A stretch of DNA of 64,000 nt from Eledone cirrhosa (lineage: Eukaryota), in the NCBI GenBank assembly GCA_964016885.1, contig OZ024759.1:22196001-22260000 (forward strand). Direction: 5' to 3'. The position numbers and the translations under genes were made by a program. The notes under the pieces were generated by a model. That model was not told the DNA's origin. It did no database searches and was given only the letters and a program-made list of their open reading frames with translations. Below are positions 55,215 to 64,000 of the stretch, piece after piece; the first letter of the stretch is position 1; each line of letters opens with the position of its first letter.

Positions 55215-55805
55215 ATAATGAAATTATTGTGTAAAGTGCTCAGGTGCACTACAACTCGTCAAAGGTGTATGTATAGTACATAGAATAATATACAAATGTC
55301 AGGGAAGTGAATAGTGTATGAGTCATGGTATACATGTATGTGTATGGAGGGGGAACATTAGCTGTAGTGTTGGCGGATCTCGGGAAGCATGGAGGCCTTA
55401 AAGGATGCAGTGTCTCGACAGCTAACAACCGATGCAGGTAGTTTGTTCCATGCTTCAGCAACTCTGAGCGTGAAAAAATGTTTCCGAAAGTCATGGGAAC
55501 TGTGCTGTTTTCTTACTTTGTGGGCATGTCCACGTGTGTTAGACACATGGAAATCAAAAAGGTACTCAGGGTTGTTGTTGGCAAGATGGTTAACAATTTT
55601 GTGGGTGTTTACCAAGTCAGTTGCCAGGCGTCGGAGCTTCAATATATCCATGCCCAGGGAAGCAAGGCGCTCAGAGTATGGTAGATGCCTGATGGAGGGT
55701 ATTCGCTTGGTTGCACGTCTCTGAACAGTTTCCAGGCGGTCAATGTTCTGAGCAAGATAGGGGTTCCAGACTGGTGATGCAAATTCTAAGTGTGGCCGCA
55801 CCATA
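55215..55805 (-). mobile_element. CR1/L2-like LINE 3' fragment; related copies at about 41225-41650 (-), 36730-37070 (+), 20224-20530 (-)
   Basis: MVRPHLEFASPVWNP...LETVQRRATK...YSERL...TRGH...FFTLRVAEAWNKLP. Confidence 0.85.
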
Positions 55806-56489
55806 GTAATGCTGCATGCATGTTGGTTTACTTCAAAATGTATCAGAGAGATGTTCTGGCGTCCCATGTTGTTTTTGACCAATTGACGATGGTAAGTTAA
55901 TTTAAGTTTCAGATCCACTAGTTACGAAATATATTTTCACATTGTGTTGTAAATAATCTTAACAACATAAATTACAAAATAATCTACACATAACAGACTT
56001 TTTAATCAATAGTTAATTAATTAATATATATTTTTATGAGCAATTTGACAACAGATCCAGGTTTTGTTTCCCGACAAGCTGAAGATAACAAGCTGTTGAA
56101 ATATGAGCTGCTTTCTGATAGGTTTATCGTAAAACATAGCAGTAGAGACTTCTGGTGTTCTGGGTCCTTGAATCACCCCCCACTACTATTTTGGCAGAGT
56201 TGGTCACCCACAAGTGATACCTATGAAGTGGACTGTTTTCTTGTTGAACATATAGCAGTAGAGCAAGCATGTCAAACATGTGGCCTTTACAAGAACACCT
56301 GTGGCCCGCACAAAGGTTTTTACAGTGCGAGTACGTTTTATCTTCTCAGTTTGACATACCTGCAGTAGAGACTTCTGGTGTTCTGGGTCCTTGAATCAGC
56401 CCGCTTACTCACTACTATTTGGGCAGAGTTGGCCACCCAGAGGTATGAAACCCATGAAGTGGACTGTCTTTTTGTCAAGCTTATAGCTG

Positions 56490-59400
56490 TGGAGACTCCC
56501 GGTGTTTTGGGTATCCAAATCACCTCCCTTCTTGGTACTGTCAGTGTGGAGTTGGCCACACACAGGAGTGAACACTGTCAAGTGAACTGGTTTCTTGTCA
56601 AATCTACAGCAGTGGAGACTCCTGGTATTCTGTACCCAAATCACCTCTCTTCTTGGTACTGTCAGTGTGGAGTTGGCCACACACAGGAGTGAACACTGTC
56701 AAGTGAACTGGTTTCTTGTCAAATCTACAGCAGTGGAGACTCCTGGTATTCTGTACCCAAATCACCTCTCTTCTTGGTACTGTCAGTGTGGAGTTGGCCA
56801 CACACAGGAGTGAACACTGTCAAGTGAACTGGTTTCTTGTCAAATCTACAGCAGTGGAGACTCCTGGTATTCTGTACCCAAATCACCTCCCTTCTTGGTA
56901 CTGTCAGTGTGGAGTTGGCCACACACAGGAGTGAACACTGTCAAGTGAACTGGTTTCTTGTCAAATCTACAGCAGTGGAGACTCCTGGTATTCTGTACCC
57001 AAATCACCTCTCTTCTTGGTACTGTCAGTGTGAAGTTGGCCACACACAGGAGTGAACACTGTCAAGTGAACTGGTTTCTTGTCAAATCTACAGCAGTGGA
57101 GACTCCTGGTATTCTGTACCCAAATCACCTCTCTTCTTGGTACTGTCAGTGTGGAGTTGGCCACACACAGGAGTGAACACTGTCAAGTGAACTGGTTTCT
57201 TGTCAAATCTACAGCAGTGGAGACTCCTGGTATTCTGTACCCAAATCACCTCTCTTCTTGGTACTGTCAGTGTGGAGTTGGCCACACACAGGAGTGAACA
57301 CTGTCAAGTGAACTGGTTTCTTGTCAAATCTACAGCAGTGGAGACTCCTGGTATTCTGTACCCAAATCACCTCCCTTCTTGGTACTGTCAGTGTGGAGTT
57401 GGCCACACACAGGAGTGAACACTGTCAAGTGAACTGGTTTCTTGTCAAATCTACAGCAGTGGAGACTCCTGGTATTCTGTACCCAAATCACCTCCCTTCT
57501 TGGTACTATCAGTGTGGAGTTGGCCACACACAGGAGTGAACACTGTCAAGTGAACTGGTTTCTTGTCAAATCTACAGCAGTGGAGACTCCTGGTATTCTG
57601 TACCCAAATCACCTCCCTTCTTGGTACTGTCAGTGTGGAGTTGGCCACACACAGGAGTGAACACTGTCAAGTGAACTGGTTTCTTGTCAAATCTACAGCA
57701 GTGGAGACTCCTGGTATTCTGTACCCAAATCACCTCCCTTCTTGGTACTATCAGTGTGGAGTTGGCCACACACAGGAGTGAACACTGTCAAGTGAACTGG
57801 TTTCTTGTCAAATCTACAGCAGTGGAGACTCCTGGTATTCTGTACCCAAATCACCTCCCTTCTTGGTACTATCAGTGTGGAGTTGGCCACACACAGGAGT
57901 GAACACTGTCAAGTGAACTGGTTTCTTGTCAAATCTACAGCAGTGGAGACTCCTGGTATTCTGTACCCAAATCACCTCTCTTCTTGGTACTGTCAGTGTG
58001 GAGTTGGCCACACACAGGAGTGAACACTGTCAAGTGAACTGGTTTCTTGTCAAATCTACAGCAGTGGAGACTCCTGGTATTCTGTACCCAAATCACCTCC
58101 CTTCTTGGTACTGTCAGTGTGGAGTTGGCCACACACAGGAGTGAACACTGTCAAGTGAACTGGTTTCTTGTCAAATCTACAGCAGTGGAGACTCCTGGTA
58201 TTCTGTACCCAAATCACCTCTCTTCTTGGTACTGTCAGTGTGGAGTTGGCCACACACAGGAGTGAACACTGTCAAGTGAACTGGTTTCTTGTCAAATCTA
58301 CAGCAGTGGAGACTCCTGGTATTCTGTACCCAAATCACCTCCCTTCTTGGTACTGTCAGTGTGGAGTTGGCCACACACAGGAGTGAACACTGTCAAGTGA
58401 ACTGGTTTCTTGTCAAATCTACAGCAGTGGAGACTCCTGGTATTCTGTACCCAAATCACCTCTCTTCTTGGTACTGTCAGTGTGGAGTTGGCCACACACA
58501 GGAGTGAACACTGTCAAGTGAACTGGTTTCTTGTCAAATCTACAGCAGTGGAGACTCCTGGTATTCTGTACCCAAATCACCTCTCTTCTTGGTACTGTCA
58601 GTGTGGAGTTGGCCACACACAGGAGTGAACACTGTCAAGTGAACTGGTTTCTTGTCAAATCTACAGGAGTGGAGACTCCTGGTATTCTGTACCCAAATCA
58701 CCTCTCTTCTTGGTACTGTCAGTGTGGAGTTGGCCACACACAGGAGTGAACACTGTCAAGTGAACTGGTTTCTTGTCAAATCTACAGCAGTGGAGACTCC
58801 TGGTATTCTGTACCCAAATCACCTCCCTTCTTGGTACTGTCAGTGTGGAGTTGGCCACACACAGGAGTGAACACTGTCAAGTGAACTGGTTTCTTGTCAA
58901 ATTTACAGCAGTGGAGACTCCTGGTATTCTGTACCCAAATCACCTCTCTTCTTGGTACTGTCAGTGTGGAGTTGGCCACACACAGGAGTGAACACTGTCA
59001 AGTGAACTGGTTTCTTGTCAAATCTACAGCAGTGGAGACTCCTGGTATTCTGTACCCAAATCACCTCTCTTCTTGGTACTGTCAGTGTGGAGTTGGCCAC
59101 ACACAGGAGTGAACACTGTCAAGTGAACTGGTTTCTTGTCAAATCTACAGCAGTGGAGACTCCTGGTATTCTGTACCCAAATCACCTCCCTTCTTGGTAC
59201 TATCAGTGTGGAGTTGGCCACACACAGGAGTGAACACTGTCAAGTGAACTGGTTTCTTGTCAAATCTACAGCAGTGGAGACTCCTGGTATTCTGTACCCA
59301 AATCACCTCCCTTCTTGGTACTGTCAGTGTGGAGTTGGCCACACACAGGAGTGAACACTGTCAAGTGAACTGGTTTCTTGTCAAATCTACAGCAGTGGAG

Positions 59401-60567
59401 ACTCCTGGTATTCTGTACCCAAATCACCTCTCTTCTTGGTACTGTCAGTGTGGAGTTGGCCACACACAGGAGTGAACACTGTCAAGTGAACTGGTTTCTT
59501 GTCAAATCTACAGCAGTGGAGACTCCTGGTATTCTGTACCCAAATCACCTCCCTTCTTGGTACTGTCAGTGTGGAGTTGGCCACACACAGGAGTGAACAC
59601 TGTCAAGTGAACTGGTTTCTTGTCAAATCTACAGCAGTGGAGATTCCTGGTATTCTGTACCCAAATCACCTCTCTTCTTGGTACTGTCAGTGTGGAGTTG
59701 GCCACACACAGGAGTGAACACTGTCAAGTGAACTGGTTTCTTGTCAAATCTACAGCAGTGGAGACTCCTGGTATTCTGTACCCAAATCACCTCCCTTCTT
59801 GGTACTGTCAGTGTGGAGTTGGCCACACACAGGAGTGAACACTGTCAAGTGAACTGGTTTCTTGTCAAATCTACAGCAGTGGAGACTCCTGGTATTCTGT
59901 ACCCAAATCACCTCTCTTCTTGGTACTGTCAGTGTGGAGTTGGCCACACACAGGAGTGAACACTGTCAAGTGAACTGGTTTCTTGTCAAATCTACAGCAG
60001 TGGAGACTCCTGGTATTCTGTACCCAAATCACCTCCCTTCTTGGTACTGTCAGTGTGGAGTTGGCCACACACAGGAGTGAACACTGTCAAGTGAACTGGT
60101 TTCTTGTCAAATCTACAGCAGTGGAGATTCCTGGTATTCTGTACCCAAATCACCTCTCTTCTTGGTACTGTCAGTGTGGAGTTGGCCACACACAGGAGTG
60201 AACACTGTCAAGTGAACTGGTTTCTTGTCAAATCTACAGCAGTGGAGACTCCTGGTATTCTGTACCCAAATCACCTCCCTTCTTGGTACTGTCAGTGTGG
60301 AGTTGGCCACACACAGGAGTGAACACTGTCAAGTGAACTGGTTTCTTGTCAAATCTACAGCAGTGGAGATTCCTGGTATTCTGTACCCAAATCACCTCTC
60401 TTCTTGGTACTGTCAGTGTGGAGTTGGCCACACACAGGAGTGAACACTGTCAAGTGAACTGGTTTCTTGTCAAATCTACAGCAGTGGAGACTCCTGGTAT
60501 TCTGTACCCAAATCACCTCTCTTCTTGGTACTGTCAGTGTGGAGTTGGCCCACACACAGGAGTGAAC
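56490..60567. repeat. 121-bp satellite, about 33-34 copies, with diverged copies upstream (about 56139-56490)
   Basis: Pseudo-ORFs recur every 121 nt from 56595 to 60346. Confidence 0.98.
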
Positions 60568-61231
60568 CCTGTGAATTGGAATGACTATTTTAACACATCT
60601 CCCATGCTATCCTCCAGGGGTCACACTTTCTCTATTCTATCTGCTGGAACCATGAGGTGACATACACCTGGGGTTCTGTACATCAGTGAGTGTCCACCCA
60701 CACAGTCTAGGCCTGTGTGGGTGTTCGGTTACTTCTATCATTGAGGTAATCAAATGCTTGGATAACATCCATGAACTTGGTTGGTCTCGCTTGGGGGTCC
60801 ATCCATATCATTTGGAGACGGTTAGTTCTGATAAGGACACCCTGAAGGGTGTGTCTAAGGGCTCTGGCCTCACAGCCCTCCCAGGAATATGTGAGCAAAG
60901 AAGAAGAGATATATCATCATCATTGGCGTCATCATCCCCATCAGTACTATCACATTCAGCGTCATCATCCCTATCATCATCATCATCATCATCACTGTTT
61001 TACCTCTATTTTCCATGCTTGCATGGGTTTGACAGGTTCTTAAATTCTGTGTTTAGGCAGACCAGATGACTGTCATGCTCATACATTCCATTTTGACATG
61101 GTTTCTATTTCAACAACAGGGCCCCACTTCCTTACACCATTCAAGGTATATATGGGGGGGGGGGTCTTTTCATAGGACCACCACTAGCATCTGACACAGG
61201 GGACTGGATAATATTTTCGTGGTACCAACAC

Positions 61232-61955
61232 TTCCACTTAACAGAGTGGACTGGGTATAATTTACCATGACACCAGCATTACCACCTTATAGAGTGTACT
61301 GAGTGCATTTTATTGTGCCACCTGCACTAACACTTTACAGAGTGGATTGGGTATAATTTACCATGACACCAGCATTACCACCTTATAGAGTTTACTGAGT
61401 GCATTTTATTGTGCCACCTGCACTAACACTTTACAGAGTGGACTGGGTATAATTTACCATGACACCAGCATTACCACCTTATAGAGTTTACTGGGTGCAT
61501 TTTATTGTGCCACCTGCACTAACACTTTACAGAGTGGACTGGGTATAATTTACCATGACACCATCATTACCACCTTATAGAGTGTACTGAGTGCATTTTA
61601 TTGTGCCACCTGCACTAACACTTTACAGAGTGGACTGGGTATAATTTACCATGACACCAGCATTACCACCTTATAGAGTGTACTGAGTGCATTTTATTGT
61701 GCCACCTGCACTAACACTTTACAGAGTGGACTGGGTATAATTTACCATGACACCAGCATTACCACCTTATAGAGTGTACTGAGTGCATTTTATTGTGCCA
61801 CCTGCACTAACACTTTACAGAGTGGACTGGGTATAATTTACCATGACACCAGCATTACCACCTTATAGAGTTTACTGAGTGCATTTTATTGTGTCACCAG
61901 CATTACCACCCTATAGAGTGAACTGGGCAAATTTTATCACGGCACCTGCACTAAC
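61232..61955. repeat. 96-bp tandem repeat (dimer of two related 48-mers), about 7.5 copies
   Basis: tttaccatgacaccagc recurs at 61261, 61357, etc. Both halves contain c(c/t)tta(c/t)agagt..actg.gt. Confidence 0.93.
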
Positions 61956-62115
61956 AAGTTTCAACACTAGAGGAATTGTATCCTGGTCAGGATGTAAGGG
62001 TGGTGATAGGGAATGAGGGAGAACATGAGGTGGGGTGAATTTATGAGAAGTGAGTAATGCTTGGCACTATTGTGATATCCAGACGCGTGCTCCCTTCCGC
62101 CTCATTTATATCACT

Positions 62116-62196
<81 letters not shown>

Positions 62197-62262
62197 AGAT
62201 GTATATATATATGTGTAGATGTATATATATATACACACACACACATGTATATACATATATAT

Positions 62263-62293
<31 letters not shown>

Positions 62294-62408
62294 CACATAC
62301 ATACATACACATATATATATACATACATACACACACACATATATACACACACACACACACACACATATATATATGTATATATATATATAGATCGATAGAT
62401 AGATACAC

Positions 62409-62451
<43 letters not shown>

Positions 62452-62759
62452 TGTATACATACATGTATATATATATATATATAGACACACACAGACACAT
62501 ACAGGCATTAATAGCCTGTTATCTGACACTACGTAAACATGACAACATGTTGTTCTTTAATATCAGATTTTGTCAAATCATTTATCTGCAGCAATATACG
62601 CATATACATTCAATTATAAACACACACATACTTCCCTTATCTGTCTGTTTTTCTCTTTATAAAACACACACACACACATATATATATATATAAGTTAAAA
62701 CAATGAAATAAAAAAATCAAGTCATTAGAGATATACTTCACTGCTTTACGATCGTTTCT

Positions 62760-62800
<41 letters not shown>

Positions 62801-62802
<2 letters not shown>

Positions 62803-63984
62803 TTAATACAATAACAGAGATAGTTTAAAGCTAAACTCTGACTGGTAACCATCTCACTCAACAAACATTAGGTTATATTAAAATATAAACCCAATTTAAG
62901 TGTTTGGGGTGCTAACAATATGTATAATGTGGAAAAACCAGTTGTATTATTTTATGAGATATAATTAAAGTTAAAGTATATCTCTCTTTCCAAACAATTG
63001 TTTCATTATAAGTTTTCTACAAGTTTGGGAGAATATTTCCAGTTTATGTAGAAGCCTAATATATATTCATGTAAGAATATATTTAGGTGGGCACTTATAA
63101 ATCGTCAGTGGAAGCCCATTAAACATTGATATAAGAAAACAAATTTCTTACCGCTGTCAAAAATCATGTCCGTACAGTAGCTCTCTCTCACCTCGAATGA
63201 CCGCCAAATTTGAAATTCCAGCAGTTTTTGACTGAGGAAGTATCATAGTGACACGAAGCGGGAAGGGGAGACAACCCACGAAATGAGGAAAAAATAATAT
63301 ACACGCGGGTTAATTAGTTTTTTTGAAAACATTATCAATCCGACGTGTTTAAGAACTCAATTGAAAATAAAAAAATAAATATATGCTTGTATAAATTACA
63401 CACGCATATAGATATTTTCTTAGGCTAAATCAGAAGTTGTACCCGAATAAGAACCGCTTCTCATAACCGCAGTAAATGCAGAAAGTTATGCTATAAAGGG
63501 CAAATGGGAATATAATTCTCCGGCCGAATTAAGAGTAAAATATAAAACACACGCGGGTTAATTAGTTATTTCAAAACCAATATCAATTCCTCGTGTAAAG
63601 AACTCAATTAATAAAAGAAAATAAATACATATATGCGTGTAATTATATACGTAGGCATATATATATATATTTTCTTAGGCTAAAAAACAGAGAAGTTACA
63701 ACCAAAAAAAGCCACAATATTTCACAACGGTAATAAATACGGAAAGTCAAATTCATAAGGTACCTGGAAATAAACACCTCTGGCCAATCAAGAGTAAATA
63801 TTTAATACAATAACAGAGATAGTTTAAAGCTAAACTCTGACTGGTAACCATCTCACTCAACAAACATTAGGTTATATTAAAATATAAACCCAATTTAAGT
63901 GTTTGGGGTGCTAACAATATGTATAATGTGGGAAAACCAGTTGTATTATTTTATGAGATATAATTAAAGTTAAAGTATATCTCT
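62801..63984 (-). mobile_element. Non-coding element with 185-bp direct terminal repeats (999-bp period) and a hammerhead, in (TA)n
   Basis: 62801-62985 is repeated at 63800-63984. Internal diverged duplication of about 250 bp (63290-63540 vs 63545-63800). Confidence 0.75.
62988..63113 (-). ncRNA. Type I hammerhead ribozyme motif with branched stem II
   Basis: UUCCA-CUGACGA-U[UUAUAAGU...two hairpins...ACUUAUAA]U-GAAA-CAAUUG-UU-UGGAA. Confidence 0.75.
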
Positions 63985-64000
63985 ATATATATTTATATAT

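Noticed and set aside
56595-60660. Dozens of 65-72-aa ORFs; 121-nt length matching 5S rRNA
   Set aside because: The ORFs are artefacts of the 121-bp period, which is not a multiple of 3, and the sequence does not resemble 5S rRNA.

Overview
AT-rich, microsatellite- and SINE-dense animal genomic DNA, most likely an octopus or other coleoid cephalopod (inferred from repeat style only). Four protein-coding loci form two convergent pairs. The first pair is the last two coding exons of a SCAMP gene (+) facing an intronless 254-aa ORF (-) that looks like a death-fold/CARD region fused to a shrunken, catalytically dead caspase-like domain. The second pair is a complete 7-exon FAHD2A-like gene (+, 292 aa) facing a complete 6-exon OGG1 gene (-, 331 aa). 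The rest is tRNA-SINEs, LINE fragments (RTE, CR1/L2, RLE-type), MITEs, a Helitron and several tandem arrays. The main hidden signal is nine type I hammerhead ribozyme motifs from about six sequence families, folded by eye. Most have a tiny palindromic stem III and sit in (TA)n-embedded, tandem or inverted Penelope/retrozyme-like units. A 4-kb 121-bp satellite appears to have been amplified from the endonuclease-coding tail of a non-LTR retrotransposon. All exon boundaries and RNA folds were derived manually, and no database searches were run.
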